Notes: generated by a model from the sequence alone, not told the origin. 36,461 nt of DNA from Deltaproteobacteria bacterium (GCA_032128375.1 JAQBGU010000090.1:1-36461), one strand, 5' to 3'; positions 10,089-19,174 are shown, counted from the stretch's first letter. Made by a program: numbers and translations.

Positions 10089-10985
10089 ATGGCCAGTCGA
10101 GAGTTCGCAGCGCTGATGTCCGCCATGAAATCGGACCTGATCGCTCCGAGCGATTCACTGGAGGTCGCACGCGACAAGCTGAACGCGGTTCACGGTCACC
10201 CGATCGGCAAGGGAGTTGACGTCGAGTGGACCGCCTTTCGCGGCGTGCGCTGCGCCTGGGTCGACACGCCAGCATCGCTCGGCGAGCACAGCGTCTTATT
10301 GTTGTGTCACGGTGGTGGGTACATTGCTGCCGGTGGGGACGGCTACCTGTTCTACGCTGAGATGCTGTCACGCGCCTGCCGAACCCGTGTGTTGTTAGTC
10401 GATTACCGGCTCGCTCCGGAACATCGACATCCCGCAGCGCTCGAAGACATCGCCGACGCGTACCAGGGTCTGATCGAATCGGGCGTGTCAGCTGGCAATG
10501 TAGGGTTCGTCGGAGATTCTTGCGGCGGCGCGCTCGCGATCACCGCAATGCTCGAACTTCGCGATCGCGGTGTACCGCTTCCCGCACTGGCCGTTGCGCT
10601 GGGCGGTTGGTTCGACCTGGAAGCGACCGGCGACTCGGCCCACAACCCGGTCGGTCGCGATCCGTTCATACACCGCGACCTGATTCGGGCGCGCGGCCGC
10701 GACTACGTCGGGCCAGCCGGGGAACTGCGCGACCCCCGCGTGTCGCCGCTTCACGCCGACCTGCGCAACCTTCCCCCGCTGCTTCTCCAGGTCGGCCAGG
10801 TCGATATCACGCGCGACGACGCCATCCGACTGGCCAGCCAGGCGGGGCGCGATGGGGTAGAGGTCACACTGGAAATCCACCCAGAGATGATTCATGGCTT
10901 CCAGGGCCTGGCAAACGCGGGCATCCCGGAAGCCAACGACGCGCTGCGACGGGTTTCGGATTACGTGAGGCTCCGACTGGACTAA
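10089..10985 (+). CDS. Alpha/beta hydrolase, HSL-family esterase/lipase
   Basis: HGGGY oxyanion motif, DYRLAPEH, GDSCGG nucleophile elbow, C-terminal MIHGF; ATG at 10089 with GAGGAGG upstream. Confidence 0.93.
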   Translation: MASREFAALMSAMKSDLIAPSDSLEVARDKLNAVHGHPIGKGVDVEWTAFRGVRCAWVDTPASLGEHSVLLLCHGGGYIAAGGDGYLFYAEMLSRACRTRVLLVDYRLAPEHRHPAALEDIADAYQGLIESGVSAGNVGFVGDSCGGALAITAMLELRDRGVPLPALAVALGGWFDLEATGDSAHNPVGRDPFIHRDLIRARGRDYVGPAGELRDPRVSPLHADLRNLPPLLLQVGQVDITRDDAIRLASQAGRDGVEVTLEIHPEMIHGFQGLANAGIPEANDALRRVSDYVRLRLD

Positions 10986-11053
10986 CAGTACCTGCACCTC
11001 CCCGGCTCTTTTCGTTTCCTGACAGCGTCGTGTACGCTTCGCTGCGCGCACGC

Positions 11054-11360
11054 ATGGAACCCAACCAACGACCACTAGAAGTCGCGAAAGCGGTCATCGG
11101 TGGCCGCACGAGTCTTGTGCACGGCGTTAGAGAACTCGCCAGCCTCCGGTCCGTTCTGTGTCGCGACCCGCTCAGCCCGACGTTCTAGCCATTCTGGCGG
11201 CGGCCGACGACACCCGCGACCTGCAGCCCGCTCGATCGATCCACCTCATCGACAAAGCGGAGACCGACGATCTCTCCCGACAGATCGACGAGGCCGAGCG
11301 TCTCCACCGCGATACGGTGCTGGCAGCGTGTCGGAGCTTGGCGCGGAAGTTGACAGGGTC
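11054..11360 (+). pseudogene. Frameshifted small hypothetical protein, DUF2489-like (3' end approximate)
   Basis: Frame from ATG 11054 (EVAKAVIGGRTSLVHGVRELASLR...SPTF*) joins the -1 frame (LAILAAADDTRDL...DEAERLHRDTVLAACRSLARKL) at about 11185; family similarity is from recall. Confidence 0.55.
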
Positions 11361-11467
11361 CACTCTGGGTCATCTATCGGGCCGGCTTGAGCTATCGCCG
11401 GGGCACCATTTCGCGTGTCATTGCACAGCTCGAACTCACGCTCGAGCTATGCATGAGAGCGAACCGA

Positions 11468-12172
11468 CTACGGCTGGTTGCGCCGCACGATCGGGGTGAC
11501 CACGAGCAGTCCGATCGCAAACACGAGTGCAGCGCTCGGCTCGGGGACCGGACTAACGGCCACACTCACGTTGAATGTACTGACGAAATCGAGACTGTCA
11601 CCGCCGACCGGCAGATCGAAATCTCGTGAACTCCCGATCGTGAAGCCGCAGATTCCGCCAGTTCCGTTGATGGAGCACGAAAATGCTGAGGCGGTCGCAG
11701 CCTCGCCGAATCCGGTCGGGCCGCCGACGACCGCAGCCCCTGCGTCGAACTGCGTGAATGTTCCGACCGAAATGGATGCCGAGGTGCCCAGGCCGAAGAC
11801 GTTGTTGCCGAACGACATGATGTTGTAGTCGGTGACGACGAACGTGGTGTCGGTGAAAACCACTTCGGCGACGCCGTTGTGGTCACCTACGAACGATCCG
11901 CTGGTGAGAGTGATGTTGATATCGGCCAGGTTGTTGACGGAGTCGATCGTGATCGTTCCGGTGACCGAGAATGTGTCGTTGACCGAAAAAAGTGCTTCGG
12001 CCGCGCAGGCGCCCGCGCTCGCGGAAGAAAGGCAGGCGTGGCCGTCGTCGAGGCCGCCGCCCGAGATGTTATAGATGGTGGCGGCGTGGGCACCGCCAAC
12101 ACTCAAGCCGACCGCGACGAGCGCAGCCAAGCCCGTTGCGAGCTTGCGGAAATACGAAATCGGTGACCCCAT
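11468..12172 (-). CDS. PEP-CTERM sorting domain surface protein
   Basis: Signal peptide ending GGAHA; C-terminal VPEPSAALVFAIGLLVVTPIVRR (PEP + TM + basic residues); AAGGAG RBS before ATG 12172. Confidence 0.9.
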   Translation of the reverse strand: MGSPISYFRKLATGLAALVAVGLSVGGAHAATIYNISGGGLDDGHACLSSASAGACAAEALFSVNDTFSVTGTITIDSVNNLADINITLTSGSFVGDHNGVAEVVFTDTTFVVTDYNIMSFGNNVFGLGTSASISVGTFTQFDAGAAVVGGPTGFGEAATASAFSCSINGTGGICGFTIGSSRDFDLPVGGDSLDFVSTFNVSVAVSPVPEPSAALVFAIGLLVVTPIVRRNQP

Positions 12173-12220
12173 CCTTGTCTCCTTGTCGCGGTTCGTTCGG
12201 AGTCGTTTCGTTCTATCCAC

Positions 12221-12250
12221 TGTTTTAAATATATACATGTACATATATAC
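12221..12250. promoter_or_regulatory. AT-rich imperfect palindrome upstream of the PEP-CTERM gene
   Basis: TGTTTTAAATATATACATGTACATATATAC in GC-rich context; contains TGT-N11-ACA and an imperfect palindrome centred on GTAC. Confidence 0.4.
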
Positions 12251-12363
12251 TCTAACTCTACCGTCTGAATATAACTCCTGTTGGATCCTCCATGCCAGTC
12301 CAACGGCTCGCCCGTTCGATCTGCTTGCTGCTTGGAGCCTACCTGGAATCCAACCGGGGAATA

Positions 12364-13071
12364 CTACGAAACCGAAGAATTTCTTCCTCGAAGTGCGGCC
12401 AGTCCGACAATCCCGAGCGAGAGCAATGTAGCGGTCGAAGGTTCCGGAATGATCGAACCACTCCAGGTGATGTCTGCCTTTACGACCAGATTGTCAATCT
12501 CTCCGAATGCTGCACCGGGAATCTCGGCGAGAGTGATCCCGAGGAGTTCGAGGAGCATCAGGTCGGTATCGATCGTCCCATTCAGAAAGGATGCTCCGAT
12601 AAACGGCACGGGCACGTTGGACACCGGTACGGGCGGTGGACCGCCGGAGTTGAACGCACTGTAAATACCGTTCACATCAACGGGTCCGACCAGAAACGCG
12701 TATGTGGTCGGTCCAGTCATCGACACGAAGATGCTGGAATACCCCCCGCCGGGCACGATACTCGCCGATTCGATGACGAACGTGTCGAAACCGCCCCAGG
12801 GCTGAAGTAGTGAGATGGGGGCCGACATCGGCGCCGTGATCGCGAAACTGACAATCTCCGGGGTCGCTGGATCGAACGTGACGGAGAGCCCATCGAGTGA
12901 GATATCCGTATCGGTCACCAGCGAATTGTCACTCGTCCGGTTCGCGGTGATGTGCGCCGAACCCGAATCGAAGTACATGACGATCGGCGAGGCTGCGGCA
13001 GGTCCAGCCATCCCGAAGACAGCGACCACGGCTACAACGCACCGAGCTAGCGCAGCTGAAAAAACCAACAT
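12364..13071 (-). CDS. PEP-CTERM sorting domain surface protein
   Basis: Signal peptide ending PAAA; C-terminal IPEPSTATLLSLGIVGLAALRGR. Confidence 0.9.
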   Translation of the reverse strand: MLVFSAALARCVVAVVAVFGMAGPAAASPIVMYFDSGSAHITANRTSDNSLVTDTDISLDGLSVTFDPATPEIVSFAITAPMSAPISLLQPWGGFDTFVIESASIVPGGGYSSIFVSMTGPTTYAFLVGPVDVNGIYSAFNSGGPPPVPVSNVPVPFIGASFLNGTIDTDLMLLELLGITLAEIPGAAFGEIDNLVVKADITWSGSIIPEPSTATLLSLGIVGLAALRGRNSSVS

Positions 13072-13105
13072 TTTACTGCAACCCTTCCCTGGGGACTGCA
13101 GTAAA
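13072..13105 (-). promoter_or_regulatory. Hairpin enclosing the putative RBS and abutting the start codon of the PEP-CTERM gene
   Basis: Minus strand TTTACTGCA-GTCCCCAGGGAAGGGT-TGCAGTAAA-ATG; perfect 9-bp outer stem. Confidence 0.5.
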
Positions 13106-13374
13106 CACCCAAGCGCCATCCGATGCAACAGAAATATTCCAGTCCTGAAAGAAAAATATTGGCCCACACCCGCCAGCGCGCGTCAGTTCGTCCGCCATTC
13201 GAGCTCACTGCGCACACCGAGCGAGATGAGGGGATTGTGCACGCGTTCGTCCGTCGGGCGAAGGGGGTCGCGTTCTGGCGCCAGAGCATCGTTTCACGTC
13301 GGCGTGAAGCACTTCACAGCCCCGCTAGAGGGCGTGGCGAATGCTCTCGGCTCAACCCCAACACGAGGGATCCT

Positions 13375-13554
13375 ATGATCCAGAACAAGATCGACATTCT
13401 TCACTTGTCGGACCATCCGGAGTTGCTGGAGCTGGAACCGATGCTCGAACGCGTGACAAGGCAGGGGTCAACCTCCGGCGACAATATCGAACGGCTGCCC
13501 GTGTCCGGGTTTCAGGGGGATCGAGATCGAGAAGAGCGATGCAATGACGAATAA
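13375..13554 (+). CDS. Small hypothetical protein (59 aa)
   Basis: ATG at 13375 with GAGGGA upstream; MIQNKIDILHLSDHPELLELEPMLERVTRQG...; no recognised domain. Confidence 0.3.
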   Translation: MIQNKIDILHLSDHPELLELEPMLERVTRQGSTSGDNIERLPVSGFQGDRDREERCNDE

Positions 13555-13566
13555 CTCCATCGGGTG

Positions 13567-14305
13567 TCATTTACTCCTATTCGAGTGGGTCGGAACCATT
13601 CGAGGGAGCTTACACGCCCGACGGCCGGATGCAGGGCTGGTTCTGATGTTGTCAGCCGCGTTCCGCGGGGTCGAACTTGGTGGCGCCACAAAGTAGGCAC
13701 GGAGCGCCCGATGCGGGCCTGCGCGAACCGCGCCTGACTGTTTCGCCGCTTCGAAGCTGGCGACAGTCGAGCCTTCGGCGCTGCGCATCGCCATTCTTTC
13801 GCCGGTGATTCGATCGCTGGCAGCGGTGCCAAGCGCAGTCGGGTATTCCTGCTCTCGCTCCATGATTCCCTCTGGCTCCGTGCAAAATCGCCGCGTCGCG
13901 ATGGGCAGACCGATCGAGATGCCGTTGCCGTCGATTTGATACCCGGCACTGTACCGATGGCAGCCGGCCGAGCTCTTGAGCGTGCCATCCGCACCGAATG
14001 CGGCGGTCATCTCGCCGCGGATGCTCGAGCTGACGACACCCCCTCCGCCCGTTGTTGTGGCCAATAACCACCCAGGTCGTGCCGGCCAACTCGCTGGATT
14101 GGGGCCCAAATCTCATCGTGCCGCTGTCGTACTTCAAATCCATGTACAGGTCACCGCTTCGAAAACAGTAGATGGCTGCGTCAGCGAGTTGGCCCGCGAA
14201 ACGCTCGCCTAACGAATCCTTCGGGCAGGCGGCCATGGTAGAAGGTCCCAACGCGATCGTGATGGCAGTTCCGTCGACGCTGTAGGTGCCAGCCGCGTCA
14301 CCCAT
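13567..14305 (-). pseudogene. Tandem META (HslJ-like) domain protein, frameshifted and probably 5'-truncated
   Basis: Frame A GTYSVDGTAITIALGPSTMAACP...LAGTTWVVIGHNNGR; frame B GGVVS...SAGCHRYSAGYQIDGNGISIGLPIATRRFCTEPEGIMEREQEY; shift at G-run 14039-14043; no signal peptide. Confidence 0.8.
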
Positions 14306-14395
14306 GGAGAGCACCACGAATCCGCTAGGATCCGCGACGAAACTGCCCCCCTCCTCCACACTCGTCTGTGCGAGGCAACCGAGAGGAAATCGAAA

Positions 14396-15385
14396 GTGCG
14401 AATACTCACGTTGGGGATGATGGCCGTCACAATTTCCTGGCTGCATTCAGGAGCAGCCGCGGCGGGCGACACGATCGAGCAGATCGACGACGCACTCGAG
14501 CAGATCGACGACACGACGTCGGAGCCGCTTCCCGACGACATGGAGCCTTTGAAACAACGCAAGTTTCCGCCGCTCCGCCTCAAGGCCAATGAGGAGATCG
14601 AGTGGGGCGACTTCGGCACCGACGTCACGACCTTTCGAACCGGGGTCTCGGCGGAGATGCCCTTCCCGATCTCGAAAAACTTCGTCGGCGCGCTATCGAG
14701 TCAGTTCGGCTTCATGGCCACCGAATTCAGTGGCAGCAAGGGTTTTCTCAACACCGGGCAACGCTCGGGCGATCCCTGGGATGATCTCTACGACTTTTCC
14801 CTGGGACTGCGAACGCAATACTCCATCACCGAAACCTGGGGGCTCGTTTTCGGGGGAGGGATGACCTCACGATGGGAAAACGGTGCGTCCTTCGGCGCTG
14901 GCCTCAAGGGAACTGGCGAAGTGGGGGTGAGCTACCGCCTCGGAGACCGGTTCTCGATGGCGGCCGGCGTTTCGGCAGGTTCCCGCATTGTGGGGAACGG
15001 CGTGAGCGTGGATCCGTTCGCGACGCTCGCCTACAAAATCAACGATCGACATACCTTGAAATCGCATGGTCTCGGCTTGCTGCTGCGCTCGAAGTGGAAC
15101 AAGAAGTTCACCACCTTTGCCTACGGTAGTATGCAAAGTGAACGCTGGCGCCTCGCGGACCGCAACGACGGGTTCGTCGACCAGGGCTCGCTGCGCGACC
15201 GGAGGCTTCCGATCGGCTTGGGTGTCGAGTGGAAGTTCTGCGACGGCTGGCGCCTGCGCACCGACCTGGCCATCGTGGTCTACCGCCAACTCAAGGTCAC
15301 CGACGACGGTGACCACAAGTTCGACACCGAAACCGCTAGCGCACCCGGCGTATTCGGGAGCCTGCAGCTGCAGTACCGCTTCTGA
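14396..15385 (+). CDS. Putative outer-membrane beta-barrel protein (DUF6268-like)
   Basis: Signal peptide ending AAAA; alternating amphipathic strands with aromatic girdle residues; C-terminal beta-signal LQLQYRF. Confidence 0.7.
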   Translation: MRILTLGMMAVTISWLHSGAAAAGDTIEQIDDALEQIDDTTSEPLPDDMEPLKQRKFPPLRLKANEEIEWGDFGTDVTTFRTGVSAEMPFPISKNFVGALSSQFGFMATEFSGSKGFLNTGQRSGDPWDDLYDFSLGLRTQYSITETWGLVFGGGMTSRWENGASFGAGLKGTGEVGVSYRLGDRFSMAAGVSAGSRIVGNGVSVDPFATLAYKINDRHTLKSHGLGLLLRSKWNKKFTTFAYGSMQSERWRLADRNDGFVDQGSLRDRRLPIGLGVEWKFCDGWRLRTDLAIVVYRQLKVTDDGDHKFDTETASAPGVFGSLQLQYRF

Positions 15386-15618
15386 CGGCGCGACTTGGGC
15401 CACTCCCTCGCGCACGACTCACACTGCTGGCGGCGCTGTGCGCGAGCGCGCCGCCGTTCTCCGCGGCCTCGGGCGCCGAGGGACGAGACGAAAACAGCAG
15501 ATCGGAGACGATCCGGCGGGTCCCGGGTTCGCAGTCCGGGAGATCGGGTCTGGGATCATTCGTCAGTGTCGAGTAGTTTCCGGTCCGCCGGCTTCCCTAT
15601 CAACGGATCGGAAATCTC

Positions 15619-18498
15619 TTGAAACGTCTGTGGGTCGCACTCGGGCTCATGATCGTGTTGGTTGCGATCGCTGCGGACCAGGTCGCCGAAAATTTCTCAC
15701 TCGAGAGTCTGCGTCGCGTCATCGAGCGAGATCTCAGCGAAGCCCTGGGCCTCGAGGTGCGCATTGCTGGCTGCCTCCGAATCGGGCTCTTTCCTCAGGT
15801 CCGATTCGAGATCGAGGACGTTCGGATTTCCAATCTGCCGGGGCGTCCGTCGCCACACCTGCTCGTCATCGGGCGCATGGCGCTCGAGCTTCGAATCCTC
15901 CCGCTTCTTCGCAAAACGCTCGTGGTCGATGAACTCGAGATCTACGACGCGGAGATTCGTATCGAGCCGGACGAACAGGGGGCGTGGAGCCTGCATGCCA
16001 ACGTTGCGGAGCTGGACGAGATGCCGAGCCCGGATGGCATCGCACTGGCGATCAGGGAACTGGCCATCTACGACCTCGAGATCTATTTCGACCGGCCAGG
16101 CGAAGAGGATGTCACGGCGCTGAGCGTGACGGAGTTCGTTATCGAGTCCGACGACTTCGGGAGCCCCCTTTCCCTCAAGGGCCGGGGTGCCATCGAGGGC
16201 GGCGACTTCGAGATCGTGGCCGTGACAGGCTCGCTGAACGAACTCGTGAAGCCCACCCAGCCCTTTCCGATGGATCTGCAGGCGAGGCTATCCGACGCGA
16301 GCCTGACGGCGAGCGGCACGCTCGGCAGTCCCAGGACGCTCGTTGGAATGGAGCTTCTGGTCGATGTGAAGATCCCAAATCTGGCCAGCGGGGCGCGTGA
16401 GCTGGGGCTCGAGTTGCCTCCACTGGGCGCCGTATCGATCTCCGGAGTTTTGGTCGATCGCGATGGCGTTCTCGGAATCAAATCGCTCTCCGGCAGCAGC
16501 ACTGGAGTGGGTCCTCTCGACGTCGCGTTCGAGGGTGCCGTGGAGGATCTTCTGCGCGTGGAGGGTGTCGATCTTCACCTGCGTGTCTCGGCGCTGGATG
16601 CAGACCTATTCAAGTCGCTCACGTCCCTTTCGCTGCCCGACGTTCCGATGAGTGCCGAAGTCGAGATCGATGACAAGGATGGCAGCCTGGGAATCGAGGG
16701 GGTGGCCAAGGTCGCTCGGACTGGGAGCTTCGAATTCGCCGCCCAGGGGAAATTTGGCGATCTACGCCACCCGAAAGATCTCGACGTTCGGGTCGGTTTC
16801 AAAACGACGACGCTCGATGCGCTCCTATCCCCGTTCGACTACGACCTGGCGGGGAAGCTCGCGGAGCTGGGACCACTGCATGCGAACGGTCATCTGATGA
16901 TTCGCAACGGAAACCTGGGGCTCGACAAGATCGACGTTCGTTTGGGAGATCCAGCGATGATGTGGTTGCAACTGAGCGGCTCAGTGGCGGACGTGGTGGG
17001 CGTTCACGATGTCGAACTCGAAGCACGGCTCGAGGCCGTGAGTGCGCGAGAGGTGGCTGCACTCCTCGACAGGGAAATTCCAGAAATAGGCCCTCTGACG
17101 CTCGCGCTATCGCTACAGGACAAGGACGGAAGCCTTGGGATCGAAAATGCAATCCTCGAGCTGGGTAGCGTGAACAAATTTGACCTGAAGCTTTCCGGTT
17201 CTTTCGACGACCTGCCCCATCTCGAGGAGGTCACCGTCAATCTCACTCTCCAGGCGCCCGACCTCAGCGTGATCGAGCAACTGCTCGGGGTCGAGCTTCC
17301 TCCAGTCGGCCCCGTGACCTTCACCGGTGAAGTCCGTGGCTCAGCGAAAAATCTCACGTCTCGAGGAAAGCTGCGGCTGAACCGGAGCGTCTTCGATGGC
17401 GAGTTCTCTGGCGCCCAGTCGCCAGAGGGTCGTCTGGCTGCGAACCTTCGGGTCAACTCTTCTCTGATTCACCTTCCCGATCTCCTCGTCGCGCAACGCT
17501 CGCCGGCGGTCGGCTTGGACGATCAGGGTTCGGGCCGGTTCGATTTCCAGAAGTGGTGGGTCGGCGATCAGTCATTGCCACTCGAGTGGCTGCGTAGGGT
17601 CGACGTCGAGCTCGTGTTCGAGGCCGACCGAGTCACGGGGTATGAACTCTTCGATCTTCACGATCTTCGCGTTGCGGCCCGACTCGAGGATGGACATCTG
17701 GTCGTCGACGCCTTCGACGCGAACTACGAGCAGGGAAGGATCTCGGGGCGCCTCGGGGTCGATGCACGGCGCTTGTCGCCGAAGGCCCGCTTGGAATTAG
17801 AGACCTTCAACGTCGACTTGACGCGTTGGACGTCGCAGTTTCAGCAGAACACGAATTACGCCGGACTGCTCGACCTGTCAATCCATCTCGAGACGCTGGG
17901 TGGGACGGCTTCCGAAATCCGTTCGAACCTTCAAGGCACCTTCGGGGCGATGGTGCGCGATGGATTCATCGTCAATCAATATTCGAGGGCCTTCACGTTC
18001 GATGTCCTGCGCGTCTCGATTCCCTCCTTCTCGTTGCGTTCATCTACTGAGGCGCCCGTCCAATGTCTGCTTGCGATCGTTCCCATCAAGGACGGCATTG
18101 CGGAGCTGGAGACCCTGTACCTCGAAGGCGAGAAAGTCACGATCACGGGCGCAGGGCGAGTCGACCTGGCAAGAGGCCAATTGGATCTGATGCTCACCCC
18201 GCGAGTGCACGACCCGGGACTGCTGAGCGTTGCCGCTAGCGTCGAGGTTTCCGGATCGATTGCGAGTCCCGTCTTCCGGCCCATTCGGCGATCGATGCTG
18301 AAGAGTGCGTTGGGCGCGATCTATCAGAACGTAGTCCGTCCTGTCGGCGCAATCGGTCGGGCGACGCTCCGGCGTGGTCCGAACGCAGTCGAAATAACCA
18401 ATCCCTGTGGGGAGGTCGCGCGCAAACGGATCAGTGACATGATGACCAAGGAAGTCGAGCCGATCCATCTCGAGGGCGGCCTGCTCGTCGGACAGTAG
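15619..18498 (+). CDS. AsmA family protein with internal ~74-aa repeats
   Basis: N-terminal TM then LRRVIERDLSEALGLEVRIAG...FPQVRFEIEDVRISN (AsmA N-terminus); C-terminal VQCLLAIVPIKDGIAE...ITGAGRVDL...LDLMLTP (AsmA C-terminus). Confidence 0.85.
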   Translation: MKRLWVALGLMIVLVAIAADQVAENFSLESLRRVIERDLSEALGLEVRIAGCLRIGLFPQVRFEIEDVRISNLPGRPSPHLLVIGRMALELRILPLLRKTLVVDELEIYDAEIRIEPDEQGAWSLHANVAELDEMPSPDGIALAIRELAIYDLEIYFDRPGEEDVTALSVTEFVIESDDFGSPLSLKGRGAIEGGDFEIVAVTGSLNELVKPTQPFPMDLQARLSDASLTASGTLGSPRTLVGMELLVDVKIPNLASGARELGLELPPLGAVSISGVLVDRDGVLGIKSLSGSSTGVGPLDVAFEGAVEDLLRVEGVDLHLRVSALDADLFKSLTSLSLPDVPMSAEVEIDDKDGSLGIEGVAKVARTGSFEFAAQGKFGDLRHPKDLDVRVGFKTTTLDALLSPFDYDLAGKLAELGPLHANGHLMIRNGNLGLDKIDVRLGDPAMMWLQLSGSVADVVGVHDVELEARLEAVSAREVAALLDREIPEIGPLTLALSLQDKDGSLGIENAILELGSVNKFDLKLSGSFDDLPHLEEVTVNLTLQAPDLSVIEQLLGVELPPVGPVTFTGEVRGSAKNLTSRGKLRLNRSVFDGEFSGAQSPEGRLAANLRVNSSLIHLPDLLVAQRSPAVGLDDQGSGRFDFQKWWVGDQSLPLEWLRRVDVELVFEADRVTGYELFDLHDLRVAARLEDGHLVVDAFDANYEQGRISGRLGVDARRLSPKARLELETFNVDLTRWTSQFQQNTNYAGLLDLSIHLETLGGTASEIRSNLQGTFGAMVRDGFIVNQYSRAFTFDVLRVSIPSFSLRSSTEAPVQCLLAIVPIKDGIAELETLYLEGEKVTITGAGRVDLARGQLDLMLTPRVHDPGLLSVAASVEVSGSIASPVFRPIRRSMLKSALGAIYQNVVRPVGAIGRATLRRGPNAVEITNPCGEVARKRISDMMTKEVEPIHLEGGLLVGQ

Positions 18499-18503
18499 TC
18501 GAG

Positions 18504-18658
18504 TGAGACCCAAACAGCGTCATTCGATCGCCTGTCGGCTTTGCTGGATTGCATCGGCGTTCAACGGTTCGGCGGTTCGGCTGTGCTCGACGCGCTGACA
18601 GCTCCGGAGTTCCTCGAGGCGAACGCGAACGCGGGGCAAAGCCAGCAGGTTTGTCTCA
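18504..18658. other. Intergenic element with nested inverted repeats (MITE-like or structured RNA)
   Basis: TGAGACCCAAAC / GTTTGTCTCA outer arms; CCTGTCGGCTTTGC / GCAAAGCCAGCAGG inner arms; GCGTTC / GAACGC further inside. Confidence 0.45.
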
Positions 18659-18730
18659 ACTGCCGGTTCACAGTGTCGCTCTGCTTTAGAGTGATTGCGC
18701 TGCGACGCCGGCCGCGCGAGGCTTCCCGTC

Positions 18731-19030
18731 ATGGAGTTCAAGATCCTCTACTGCCGCCCCTGCGGCTATCGAGATCGCGCGGACGAACTGGCCACGGAAT
18801 TGATCGAGCGCTTCGGCGCCGCGGTGGCGGTAGAAGAAGGCAAGTTCGGTCAATTCGATGTGCTGATCGACGGGGCGCTGATCGCGTCGAAGGGAGGGTT
18901 CTGGAAACGCAAGCTCATTCACGGTGCACCACCGCAGCCCGAGATCTTGGAAGCGATCCATCGCGCGCTGGGCGATCGCCCAGGCGAAGCCGTCCGGATC
19001 GGCAAAACCTACGACACCCACGACGAGTGA
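18731..19030 (+). CDS. Rdx family (SelT/SelW/SelH-like) thioredoxin-fold protein, Cys form
   Basis: KILYCRPCGYRDRA...GQFDVLIDGALIASK; both Cys encoded by TGC. Confidence 0.88.
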   Translation: MEFKILYCRPCGYRDRADELATELIERFGAAVAVEEGKFGQFDVLIDGALIASKGGFWKRKLIHGAPPQPEILEAIHRALGDRPGEAVRIGKTYDTHDE

Positions 19031-19174
19031 ACTCTGCCAGCGAAGCACACCGGGAACACGCCAACAAAACTCGCTCGCTTTCTCATCGCATAACCTCTTG
19101 CTGCTACGGCTCTTCGCATCTCGCCTACTGCGAGAGCGGATTTCCCCCTGCTAGGCGTACGAGGCGTGCGTTCC

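Noticed and set aside
12283..12298. Sigma54 promoter for the PEP-CTERM gene (TGGCAT on the minus strand)
   Set aside because: The -12 position reads CC rather than GC, so the GG-N10-GC rule fails
13375..13554. Lasso peptide precursor (G1...E9 core)
   Set aside because: Thr is at -3 rather than -2, the leader motif spacing does not fit, and no lasso cyclase, peptidase or RRE genes are in the window
18731..19030. Selenoprotein (CxxU) with SECIS
   Set aside because: Both positions are TGC (CRPC); there is no in-frame TGA
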